A stretch of 64,000 nucleotides of DNA from contig PLBS01000005.1 of the NCBI GenBank assembly GCA_003134595.1, positions 130 to 64,129 of the forward strand, written 5' to 3'. This DNA comes from Gallionella sp. (GTDB taxonomy: Bacteria > Pseudomonadota > Gammaproteobacteria > Burkholderiales > Gallionellaceae). Position 1 is the first letter of the stretch; every line of letters starts with the position of its first letter. Shown here piece by piece: positions 1-9,134 of the stretch. The notes under the pieces were generated by a model. That model made no database searches and was not told the origin of the DNA. It saw nothing but the letters and a program-made list of their open reading frames with translations. A program made the translations under genes and the position numbers.

Positions 1-3000
1 CTCAAATTCAAGAAACAACAATACCAAACCAATGCCGTGGAGTCGGTTGCGGATTGTTTTGCCGGTCAACTGAAGAGTAATGGTAATAACTATCGGATTG
101 ATCCGGGCAGAGTAGAAGCAGGATCTCCACAACAGCACGGGTTGCTTGATGAGGGTTTCAAGAACCCAGACATTGCGCTTACGCAATCTGCTTTGCTGGA
201 GAATATTCGCAGCGTTCAGCAACGCCAGAACTTGCCTTTATCCCCGGCATTGGTTAGCAACAGGGTTTGTCAGATTAATCTTGATGTCGAGATGGAGACC
301 GGCACCGGCAAGACCTATTGCTACATTAAAACCATGTTTGAGCTGAACCAGCGTTATGGCTGGAGCAAGTTCATCGTGGTGGTGCCCAGCATTGCTATCC
401 GTGAAGGTGTGTTCAAATCCCTGGAAATTACCGCTGAGCATTTTCTGGAAGAGTACAAAAAACGCGCCCGCTTCTTTATCTACAACTCCAAACAGTTGCA
501 TAATTTGGAGAGTTTTTCTTCCGATGCGGGCATCAATGTCATGGTGATTAATGTTCAGGCTTTTGCAGCTCGGGGCGCTGAGAACAGACGCATTTATGAA
601 GAGCTGGATGATTTTCAGTCCCGCAAGCCTATTGACGTTATCAAGGCAAATCGACCGATTTTAATCCTGGATGAGCCGCAAAAAATGGAGGGGGCGCAAA
701 CCTTGAGGTCACTGGAAGAGTTCAATGCCTTGATGGTTCTTCGATATTCGGCGACTCACAGGACAACTCACAATAAGATTCACAGGCTGGACGCTCTCGA
801 TGCTTACAACCAGAAACTGGTTAAGAAAATCGCGGTGCGTGGTATTTCCGTGAAGGGCTTGACTGGTACGAATGCTTATATGTACTTGGAGTCCATTGAG
901 GTTTCTACCAGCAGGCCACCGATTGCCCGTGTCGAGCTGGAAATTAAGCAAAGCAATGGCATCAAGCGCGTGGTGCGCAAGCTAGGCAAAAACGATAACC
1001 TCTTCGATATTTCCGAAGGTCTAGACCAGTACAGACGCTTTGTCATTGCCGACATCAATGCTCACACAGATACCGTTCTCTTCACTAACGGCGTGGAGAT
1101 TCAGGCAGGGGAAGCCACAGGCGACGTAAACGAGGCGGCATTGCGGCGCATCCAGATTCGTGAAGCCGTGAAAGCACACTTTGAAAAAGAACAGGTGCTC
1201 TTCCATCAAGGCATCAAGGTATTGTCGCTATTCTTTATTGATGAGGTCGCCAAGTATCGTCGCTACGATGAAAATGGTGAAAATCCGGGTGAGTATGCAC
1301 AGATATTTGAAGAAGAGTACAACCTTCATCTCAATGAAGTGCGGACACTGGAAGATACCCCTTACAACCGTTACCTAAAGGGGATTCAGACATCAAGAAC
1401 GCACGAAGGCTATTTCTCCATTGACAAGAAGAGCAAGCGTTTGGTCAACCCAATAACTGGCGCAAGATCGACTGAAACAGATGACGTTGACGCTTACGAC
1501 CTGATACTTCGGAAGAAGGAGCAGCTTCTCAAGTTCGAAGAGCCGGTGCGCTTCATCTTCTCTCACTCCGCATTGCGCGAAGGTTGGGACAACCCCAATG
1601 TGTTTGTTATTTGCACGCTCAAACACAGCGACAACACGATTTCTCGTCGTCAGGAGGTTGGCCGTGGCTTGCGCATATCGGTCAACCAAGACGGCGACCG
1701 TATGGATAACCCTGCAACAGTTCACCAGATCAATGTGCTGACCGTAGTTGCCAGCGAGAGCTACAAGGACTTTGTCACGGCTTTACAACGCGATATTAGT
1801 GATTCGCTGTCGGCTCGACCACGCATTGCCGATGAAGAATACTTCACCGGGAAAGTGTTAAAAACGGCCAGTGGCGATGTGGTTGTGACACCACAAATAG
1901 CAAAGCAGATTTACAAGTATCTGCTGAAAAATGATTACACCGACGATAGCGATAAAATTACTCAGGCTTATCACGACGCAAAAACAGAAGGTAAACTTGC
2001 TGACCTGCCTGCTGAGCTGCTGCCTTACGCCGAGCAAGTATTCCAGCTGATTGACAGTGTCTTTAGCGATGCGCAGATGCCGGACATTGGCGATGATCGC
2101 AAAGCCAAAACGAACCCGCTGAGTGCTAACTTTGAAAAGAAAGAGTTTAAGGAGCTGTGGAATCGCATCAACCATAAAGCTGCTTACACCGTACACTTTG
2201 AAACGCCGGAGCTGATCAAGAAATGCGTGACAGCATTAGAAAAGGAACTCAAAGTCAGCCCGCTTCAATACACCATAGTTGCTGGCGAGCAGATCGATAC
2301 AGCTACTTTCGATGACATGCAGCGAGGTGAGTCTTTTGAGATTAGGGAGACGAGGACGGACTCCCATAAGAACTCCATTCATTCCGCCGTTAAATACGAC
2401 TTGATTGGTAAGCTAGCAGATGAAGCACAACTCACCCGTACCACGATTGCCAGCATTCTTCGGGGCATCAATGTGGCTGCCTTCAGCCAATATAAAACCA
2501 ACCCCGAGGACTTCATTGCCAAAGCAGCACGGCTGATCAATGAACAGAAGGCGACGGTAATCGTAGAGAAGCTAAGTTACGACTCAGTCGGCGAGACATA
2601 CGACATAGACATCTTCACCCAGGAAAAGCCAAAGGAAGATTTCAGCAAGGCGATCAAGGTTGACCACCATATCTACGATTATGTGTTCACTGACTCAAAG
2701 GGCGAGAGCGCTTTTGTCTCTGAGCTAGATACCAGCGCGGAAATTGTCGTTTATGCAAAACTGCCAAGGGGATTTTTCATTCCTACGCCAGTTGGCAACT
2801 ACAACCCTGACTGGGCCATAGCGTTTAAGGAAGGCACTGTAAAGTACATCTACTTTATTGCTGAAACGAAAGGCTCAATGTCATCAATGGAACTGAGAGC
2901 AATTGAGAAATCCAAAATAGAATGCGCCCGGAAGTTCTTCACCAAAATCACTTCTGATCAAGTTAAATATGATGTGGTGGACAGTTACGGCAAGCTAATG

Positions 3001-3015
3001 GAGTTGGTGAAATGA
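1..3015 (+). CDS. res: Type III restriction-modification Res subunit (SF2 helicase + PD-(D/E)XK nuclease); frame is open back to base 1, so the true start lies just outside the window
   Basis: Motifs [44 protein letters not shown] and C-terminal YNPDW...AETKG; bases 1-36 read [12 protein letters not shown] in frame. Confidence 0.93.
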   Translation, partial: LKFKKQQYQTNAVESVADCFAGQLKSNGNNYRIDPGRVEAGSPQQHGLLDEGFKNPDIALTQSALLENIRSVQQRQNLPLSPALVSNRVCQINLDVEMETGTGKTYCYIKTMFELNQRYGWSKFIVVVPSIAIREGVFKSLEITAEHFLEEYKKRARFFIYNSKQLHNLESFSSDAGINVMVINVQAFAARGAENRRIYEELDDFQSRKPIDVIKANRPILILDEPQKMEGAQTLRSLEEFNALMVLRYSATHRTTHNKIHRLDALDAYNQKLVKKIAVRGISVKGLTGTNAYMYLESIEVSTSRPPIARVELEIKQSNGIKRVVRKLGKNDNLFDISEGLDQYRRFVIADINAHTDTVLFTNGVEIQAGEATGDVNEAALRRIQIREAVKAHFEKEQVLFHQGIKVLSLFFIDEVAKYRRYDENGENPGEYAQIFEEEYNLHLNEVRTLEDTPYNRYLKGIQTSRTHEGYFSIDKKSKRLVNPITGARSTETDDVDAYDLILRKKEQLLKFEEPVRFIFSHSALREGWDNPNVFVICTLKHSDNTISRRQEVGRGLRISVNQDGDRMDNPATVHQINVLTVVASESYKDFVTALQRDISDSLSARPRIADEEYFTGKVLKTASGDVVVTPQIAKQIYKYLLKNDYTDDSDKITQAYHDAKTEGKLADLPAELLPYAEQVFQLIDSVFSDAQMPDIGDDRKAKTNPLSANFEKKEFKELWNRINHKAAYTVHFETPELIKKCVTALEKELKVSPLQYTIVAGEQIDTATFDDMQRGESFEIRETRTDSHKNSIHSAVKYDLIGKLADEAQLTRTTIASILRGINVAAFSQYKTNPEDFIAKAARLINEQKATVIVEKLSYDSVGETYDIDIFTQEKPKEDFSKAIKVDHHIYDYVFTDSKGESAFVSELDTSAEIVVYAKLPRGFFIPTPVGNYNPDWAIAFKEGTVKYIYFIAETKGSMSSMELRAIEKSKIECARKFFTKITSDQVKYDVVDSYGKLMELVK

Positions 3016-3054
3016 GACTGCAAAGTGTCAGTACTCGCAAGGCTGACTTACATC

Positions 3055-3903
3055 TCAGTCAAAATTAAATTCACGATTGGGACCCTGTGCAACGTCGCCC
3101 CAGATCCGGTTGGGGAGGGAATGTCTGCTGAAGAATACGAGGTGATAAAGAGGGCGATTCCCTTCATCTCGTACGAGTGGCATTCTTTGGCTGATCGTGA
3201 ATCCAAGGTTCTTAACCAGGTTACACCAATAGTCAAAAAATAACTCCTCAGCATCGCCGCGCACAAAGGCTTCCGGACTTATATGATCGCGCCAACCTGG
3301 CGCTGTTAAGTCGAATCGCGCTCGTTCGGGGTTGTATTCCATAAGCAAATTACGCCGCAGATCCATGGTGCTGAAGTGCACAGCAAAATCCACAAATTTT
3401 AGCGTTGCTAGTTTCTCGATGACGTTGAAAGTCAGGTACTGAAGGTTGTACGGGTCCAGATATGCAAGACAAAGCGCCCCCTTCGGAACAGCTTGAACGA
3501 CTCGATCAACGGTAGATTCCGCCGCACCTTCAAAAACTTGCACGGGAGCCCCAAAGGCTCGCAATCGGTCCGCACAGGCTGATGCGCGCACGGGGTCTAA
3601 ATCTCCAATTAGACAAGACGTAAAAGCGGCTGAGTCGAGGCGAGAATGTTGCCACGCGATTTGAGCGCCTCCATGCCGCGTTGCGGATTCACCCTTGACC
3701 TGTATGCGACCGGGACCACAGAATAAGTCCACGTAAACCCTCTCCGGAAACTTCTTGCGGGCTTGGCGTGTTCCTTCAACATACTTTGCGAGAAATGTGT
3801 GCTTCATCTCAGGAACCCAACGGCCGACACCTTCGTTTAGTCGGCCCAATTCGAGCGGGAGCCTTGGCAACGGGTCGGGGTCGTGAGAAAGCGAAAAGGT
3901 CAT
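3055..3903 (-). CDS. tcmP: Three-Cys-motif partner protein TcmP (SAM-dependent methyltransferase-like fold), short paralogue
   Basis: VGRWVPEMKH N-terminus, YVDLFCGPG motif I, LAYLDPY motif, C-terminal YHLVFFSRH; in operon with DUF5131. Confidence 0.82.
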   Translation of the reverse strand: MTFSLSHDPDPLPRLPLELGRLNEGVGRWVPEMKHTFLAKYVEGTRQARKKFPERVYVDLFCGPGRIQVKGESATRHGGAQIAWQHSRLDSAAFTSCLIGDLDPVRASACADRLRAFGAPVQVFEGAAESTVDRVVQAVPKGALCLAYLDPYNLQYLTFNVIEKLATLKFVDFAVHFSTMDLRRNLLMEYNPERARFDLTAPGWRDHISPEAFVRGDAEELFFDYWCNLVKNLGFTISQRMPLVRDEGNRPLYHLVFFSRHSLPNRIWGDVAQGPNREFNFD

Positions 3904-3920
3904 GACGTTATCAATGTCGA

Positions 3921-5177
3921 CTAGAACAGGATGATTTGGGGGCTTCTCTCGATCAAATCGGTGTCGTGCATGTACCTTGCAAGTCTGCGCGGCTTTCCAT
4001 CAGCCGACGTGATTATAATGTCGCGCTCGCCAACTAAGCTTGCCAAGGCGTTGTTGTACATGGCCGAAGTTCCTGGAGATGTGTTGCAAGTGGAGGAAAA
4101 CAGATCTCCAATACGAGTGGGCTTTCCACGAGCGAAGATATTCACAGCGAGTTGCTGTAAAAGAGCGCTGTTGGACTGGTGTAGCGCCACGTCGTCAAAT
4201 TTGAAGCCTCCAGTAAACTCCTGCCTAAAACCCATGGTGTGTGGTGCCAGCATGTCGAGGCCTGCTCCGCCATAATGCACAAAATGATTCTGGTGCTGCC
4301 AATGTACCTGCTTCATAACATCCTGTGCGCGGTGGTGCTGCGAAAGGTGTACAAGCCAATACTCGCCATGGCCACTTCCTTCGCCGCGTATGAAGAATGG
4401 CGTGAAGAATTTAGCCCCACAGCTGCTCACGAGCGCTTGGTAAAGGGCGCCTTGAATGAAGCGACGCCAGTCAGCATCATTGCTTTTCAGCTCCTCGATA
4501 GACTTACCACCCAACGCAGAGTGAATATCTATTGCAAGCGTTTTGCCGATTTGAGCAGCGAAATCGTCGTTGGTGTAAGTGGCAAAAGATGAGACATGGA
4601 AAGTTAATATGACTTCGCTATTGGGGAGCTCATCGAATATTTTCCGTATCAACGGCGCGGGTACATCTTTATACCCGTACTGATCCAGGAAAAACAACGC
4701 CGTCGCCGCTCGTGGCGTGTGGCGTTTCACACGAGCTATCACCGCAGGCGAGGCGGCGGCAAATTCCTCGCACATTAAGTGAATAGAGCGCCCTATCTCA
4801 CCGGCATATCCTCGCTCGCTGAGTACCTTGGTCAGGTGGAGAATCGCGCTCGCATCTTTGTCTATAAAGACATACTGCACGTCGAGATCGAGCGGCTTAG
4901 TGCGGCCAAGGTTTACCAGAATTCGTGCTTCCTCGACTGCGGCAAGAATTCGTAGCGGAGATCCGAGTGCCTCTTGTCCCGTCCCACGCACTGTATATAG
5001 TCCGCCGCCGCAGAAGCCATCGACTAAGGTGATGCGGAAACGGTCGCGGCCTCGGGCGTTGAGAGTTCGTTGCTCGAAGTAGCGACAAAGATATCCCACC
5101 AACACATCATGTTTGGTTAAACTATGAGCATCTAATTCTGCGGGTCCGTCGGTCCAGTCGTAGTGCTTCTTTGCCAA
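3921..5177 (-). CDS. tcmP: Three-Cys-motif partner protein TcmP, long paralogue with probable C-terminal winged-helix
   Basis: HSLTKHDVL, LVDGFCGGG, FFLDQYGY, YWLVHLSQH motifs; C-terminal helical/wHTH-like extension. Confidence 0.82.
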   Translation of the reverse strand: MAKKHYDWTDGPAELDAHSLTKHDVLVGYLCRYFEQRTLNARGRDRFRITLVDGFCGGGLYTVRGTGQEALGSPLRILAAVEEARILVNLGRTKPLDLDVQYVFIDKDASAILHLTKVLSERGYAGEIGRSIHLMCEEFAAASPAVIARVKRHTPRAATALFFLDQYGYKDVPAPLIRKIFDELPNSEVILTFHVSSFATYTNDDFAAQIGKTLAIDIHSALGGKSIEELKSNDADWRRFIQGALYQALVSSCGAKFFTPFFIRGEGSGHGEYWLVHLSQHHRAQDVMKQVHWQHQNHFVHYGGAGLDMLAPHTMGFRQEFTGGFKFDDVALHQSNSALLQQLAVNIFARGKPTRIGDLFSSTCNTSPGTSAMYNNALASLVGERDIIITSADGKPRRLARYMHDTDLIERSPQIILF

Positions 5178-5207
5178 AGGTATCTTTCATTGCGCTTATA
5201 TGACGGC

Positions 5208-6071
5208 CTATGCCGTATTGCCCAAGTTTGGAAACTGATCCCAAAGCCTGCCGCCTAACGAGCGCCCCGCTTTCCCCTTGCCCACTGCAGCTAACTTCAC
5301 TTCTGCTCCATCACGCCTAATCACATGAATCAGGGTTTTTCGAGTGAGTGCATCGCCGGCCTGCTCTATAGGAGCCCAGTGGCCCCATTGTTTGAAGTGA
5401 AATGCCACTCCTGCGGCGTTACATTGTTTACGCAAACCATCTGGCCATTGAGGCTCCATAGGACGCGATCCAGGCCCTGATTCGCCACCGGCTATGACCC
5501 AATCGACTTGCGTGCCTAGCGAACCGGGTTCAAGAAATGTGCGCAGATCGAGAGGCCCCAATAATGGCTCGCAAGACAAAAATCGCACGGAAGGCGTGGT
5601 GAACTCAAGTAGATGCTTTATCCGCTTGCCAGCGGCAGCCTGATTTTCGACTGTAGCACCCAGCCATACATTTGCAGGGAACTGGTATCCCTTGGGTAGT
5701 TGCTTACGAACCATATGGATGCGTTTAGTGAGCAGTAACCAATCCAAATGTGGTGTGTTATCGATGAGATCAAGCAAGCGCAAGCGGTGGGGAATCAGAT
5801 CCTTGCGGTTCTCAAAAACATCAGCCATAGAGGCGCAGAATACTCGTCGTCGGATACCTTGAGTTTTTGCCTCAATGTTCCACTTTAAAGGCTCTTTCCA
5901 ATGGGCGTCACCAAAGAAACGGCGCTCAGACTTTGCTCCCCAGACGTCCTCACCCAGTCGCTTGGCCCATGTCTCGGCGTAGCAGTGGTCGCACGCCGCC
6001 GACACCTTTACACAACCCCACCAAGGGTTAAAGGTATGATGTGTCCACTCGATAGCTGTCTCTTTACCCAT
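5208..6071 (-). CDS. DUF5131 / phage Gp37-Gp68 family protein (three-Cys, radical-SAM-like)
   Basis: TAIEWT..TFNPWWGCVKVSAACDHCYA, VFCASMADVF, LLTKR, FLSCEPLLG, WVIAGGESG, FHFKQWG signature motifs. Confidence 0.92.
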   Translation of the reverse strand: MGKETAIEWTHHTFNPWWGCVKVSAACDHCYAETWAKRLGEDVWGAKSERRFFGDAHWKEPLKWNIEAKTQGIRRRVFCASMADVFENRKDLIPHRLRLLDLIDNTPHLDWLLLTKRIHMVRKQLPKGYQFPANVWLGATVENQAAAGKRIKHLLEFTTPSVRFLSCEPLLGPLDLRTFLEPGSLGTQVDWVIAGGESGPGSRPMEPQWPDGLRKQCNAAGVAFHFKQWGHWAPIEQAGDALTRKTLIHVIRRDGAEVKLAAVGKGKAGRSLGGRLWDQFPNLGNTA

Positions 6072-6414
6072 GTTCTGTACCTGTAGTCATTATACTTTTG
6101 TTTTGTCCAGTAGTAGCTATTAATGCCCAACCCCTCGAAAGAGGGATGCTCTATCCAAGTGCAGCACCTTCCTGCTGATCTCCGGCCAGATCACGCATTG
6201 AAGCACCCAACTGCCTGCAACCATCGATGGAACCGATCCGGTGAAAGAGTCAGTCCGGTGATTACGATGTCGTTCGGCGTAAGGAATGCGGTGCTCGGAT
6301 CACGCTCATTCCATGCAGATGATCCCCCAGGACTTCCCTCAATAACGATGCCGATCGGTCTCAGGTTGTTGCTTCCATCATTCCCAAAAGATGTGAATGG
6401 TCGGCATTGAACCT

Positions 6415-6442
6415 ATTTTACATAATGCTTATTATACATATT
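6415..6442 (-). other. dif-like (XerC/XerD) recombination site with an adjacent IHF consensus site (6442-6454)
   Basis: Minus strand AATATGTATAA-TAAGCA-TTATGTAAAAT has the 11-6-11 layout; right arm is 1 mismatch from the XerD arm TTATGTTAAAT; minus strand 6454-6442 AATCAATTACTTA fits WATCAANNNNTTR. Confidence 0.6.
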
Positions 6443-6592
6443 AAGTAATTGATTTATAAATAGTATTAAATATTTATCGCGAAGTATCTTTTCGCACAAA
6501 TATTATGCCTGAAAGGGGTGGACTCTATAGAACAGCACCGACTTCCGTTCGCTGGCGACCGTATAACATATATAGTGTTTAGGTACCGTCTG

Positions 6593-8062
6593 TCACAGCT
6601 CACGAATACCATCTACAACGATCCCGGTCGCCAAGCAATCGTCTTCGTTATAATCCAGAATGCGTTGCTTTATCGCTTGGTCGCCTGATTCAATCCAACG
6701 ATGGTACCACTCGATCGATGCGGCACCAGATGGGTGGGTATCACGCCAACGAAAGCCTAGATATTGGGCCAGCGTCTTGATCGATTGATCGTACGCTGGC
6801 CATTCTGTGGATTTCTTTACCACATCGAAGTAGAGATCGATCATTGCAGGCAAAGCAAATAAATTCTCAACGTCCTCAACAGAGCAAACATTTGAATATT
6901 TTTCAGCAAGTTTCTTGTAAGCGGTCCGTTCATATTTTGAGTAGTAGTAGATAGTTGAATCCTGCACCTTAGATTGCAGATAACCCCAAGCCTGACTGAA
7001 TACGGCTTCCTCTTGCGCCGATTCGGTGCCCTCAGCAAAAAAGGGGATGAATCTCGCCGTTGCTGGCTGGCCGTGAAGCCGTTCGACGAAACCATGCAAA
7101 TAAACCACATCACTCATTGGATCAGCTTCGATATCGAAGTAGACCTCATTCCGTGCAACTGGTAGGCGCACCGGCTCTTTTAAATAAGCGGTAGCTCCAG
7201 GAGTGGATAACAATTGTGCCCGAGCATGGAATTTAAGTAGGGTATCCGGGCCGATGCCAGGAAAAATTGTCTTCTTGCCTTGAATGAAACTGGCGGGATC
7301 GCACCCTGCGAAGGCATGGACAGATGATATCGCTTGGATCATCACATCTCGCTTGGTTCGACCCAGTTCAGCGATCAGCGTGAGATCGTCTTGTGCCACG
7401 AGTTCTTGTTTGCAATGCGAATACCAGTGGCACAGTTTGCACACTGCGCTTAGTGCACCCATCGTAGATTGGGTTTGTTGGACGATGGCACGAACTTCAG
7501 ATAGGGATTGCTGGTAGTATTCCCACCACGTCTGGGTGTTGCGGACACCCTGAAGTTCCATCAGTAAGTACGGAACGTGATTGCCTTGGCGATCAATCAC
7601 AAAAGCTTCCCGGCTTCCGTCCCCCATTCCGATCTGTTCCAGAATCTGGACATAATGTCCGAGTTGAACAGCATAGTGCTTCTTAAGTTTTCCTTCGCTT
7701 TCGTCTCCCTCGAACCCAGACCCAGACTTAATGTCTCCAGGAATATATCCGCTACCACGAAGTTGGAGCAAATCCGGCTCACCCACAAGATCACCAGAAG
7801 TAAGACGGCCACTGTAAATTAGAGGTTCGCGCCTATGCATTGCGGCTAACGTTTCGCGCTCCCTATTAGCCTTATCCACTTGGCTCATGTCAGCAGTAAT
7901 AGGAAGAGACGATATGATATTTTCTTCGTGTTTTATGCCTTGTTCCCAGAGCAACTCGACGAATGCATTTGGCTCATCGCGGAGCGCGCGGTCACCATAT
8001 GCATCGAGGAAAACACGATGAGGACATTGAACATAATCATAGATTTGGGTTGCAGAAATCAT
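6593..8062 (-). CDS. TM0106 family RecB-like nuclease with C-terminal RNase H-like domain
   Basis: ISATQIYDYVQCPH, GEPDLL..DIKSG..YAVQL (RecB/Cas4-like), CKLCHWYSHC, YFDIE, SIKTLAQYLGFRW, YNEDDC. Confidence 0.9.
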   Translation of the reverse strand: MISATQIYDYVQCPHRVFLDAYGDRALRDEPNAFVELLWEQGIKHEENIISSLPITADMSQVDKANRERETLAAMHRREPLIYSGRLTSGDLVGEPDLLQLRGSGYIPGDIKSGSGFEGDESEGKLKKHYAVQLGHYVQILEQIGMGDGSREAFVIDRQGNHVPYLLMELQGVRNTQTWWEYYQQSLSEVRAIVQQTQSTMGALSAVCKLCHWYSHCKQELVAQDDLTLIAELGRTKRDVMIQAISSVHAFAGCDPASFIQGKKTIFPGIGPDTLLKFHARAQLLSTPGATAYLKEPVRLPVARNEVYFDIEADPMSDVVYLHGFVERLHGQPATARFIPFFAEGTESAQEEAVFSQAWGYLQSKVQDSTIYYYSKYERTAYKKLAEKYSNVCSVEDVENLFALPAMIDLYFDVVKKSTEWPAYDQSIKTLAQYLGFRWRDTHPSGAASIEWYHRWIESGDQAIKQRILDYNEDDCLATGIVVDGIREL

Positions 8063-8137
8063 CGCTTACCTCCCTCGGGGGCGTTACTCATCATCGCGCT
8101 GACAGAATTAACAGGGACTACCCCCTCGCGCGAGTAG

Positions 8138-8824
8138 CTAGCGCTTGTCGAGATGTACGAGAACTTTAGAGGTTCCATAAAAATTCATCAGCAGTATGGC
8201 AGAATTTGAACCTTCCTCGAACTTATAGAAGAAAATGTCCGGGTTGTCTCCTTTGGCCTCGTGCTGAGAAAAATAATCTTCAGCGGCGGTGACTGCTGAT
8301 GCGATGGCTGAGTTTACCGAAAGCTCGTTGTATAGAGTAAAGCCAGTCACAACTTGGACTCGACCGTCAAATTTCTTTCGTTTTTCGTGGAAATACAATG
8401 CATATGCATTTTTGATGAACACTAAATCAAGTCGCTTTCCTTGAATTTGAATGCCATATGCATCATTCCACTCTTGAGTGTCTTCGTGGAAAATCTTCAT
8501 GGGATCGGTGCTCACAAGCATTGAGTTCGCTAAAGAGGGACTCCGTTCCGCAGCTCGCTTCACTTTTGTAAGGAATTGGTTTAGACCCACGTCACTAGAT
8601 GTTATCGAAGCTGAAAGCATGTAGAGCAAGTACTCGTCTTCGCGAGATGTTGCTGTGTTGTGCACAACACATGACGGTACAGTGATCAAATTCTTGCGGT
8701 AGTCCTTTTGCGATGACACATCCTTTTTTTCGGGGAAAAGGCATTTCGGTGGTGCGTGTTCCACCGTAGTTGCATCCCGGTCGCACATGTAGCAAGTAGT
8801 CAGATGAGTGTTAACAACCTTCAT
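8138..8824 (-). CDS. HNH endonuclease-domain protein
   Basis: CYMC...TVEHAPPKCLF...ITVPSCVVHN zinc-finger HNH pattern at the N-terminus. Confidence 0.7.
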   Translation of the reverse strand: MKVVNTHLTTCYMCDRDATTVEHAPPKCLFPEKKDVSSQKDYRKNLITVPSCVVHNTATSREDEYLLYMLSASITSSDVGLNQFLTKVKRAAERSPSLANSMLVSTDPMKIFHEDTQEWNDAYGIQIQGKRLDLVFIKNAYALYFHEKRKKFDGRVQVVTGFTLYNELSVNSAIASAVTAAEDYFSQHEAKGDNPDIFFYKFEEGSNSAILLMNFYGTSKVLVHLDKR

Positions 8825-8921
8825 CGTGCAAAATAACCAGGAAGAAAGCCGGCATCAAATGCGAAAAATAAGTCGTTAGGTTTGTTGCTTAGGGGCAACA
8901 CCTCAAACACTTCCACAAACG

Positions 8922-9134
8922 CTAAACCCGCGCGTATCGATAGGCACCCTTGATGTTCCGGGCAAGGAATTCCCCCTTTGAAGTCGCAGCGTTCATTTGT
9001 ACATACACCAGCTGCGGTACATCATAGTAATTGTAGGTGCCACCGTTCTTAAATTCGACAGTTAGAACATGCCCTTTTTCGTCGTACCGGTAGCGAGCGA
9101 TATTAGAAGAGTCTGGTGTTTCAATCCAGTTCAT
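8922..9134 (-). CDS. KTSC domain protein
   Basis: SSNIARYRYD...LTVEFKNGGTYNYYDVP...SKGEFL..NIKGAY; start overlaps the HerA stop (ATGA). Confidence 0.92.
   Translation of the reverse strand: MNWIETPDSSNIARYRYDEKGHVLTVEFKNGGTYNYYDVPQLVYVQMNAATSKGEFLARNIKGAYRYARV

Noticed and set aside
8870-8897. AGTCGTTAG...CTTAGGGGC, similar to 23765-23785, as an integron attC core
   Set aside because: Short match with different spacing, no convincing paired attC arms and no IntI in the window; may be chance
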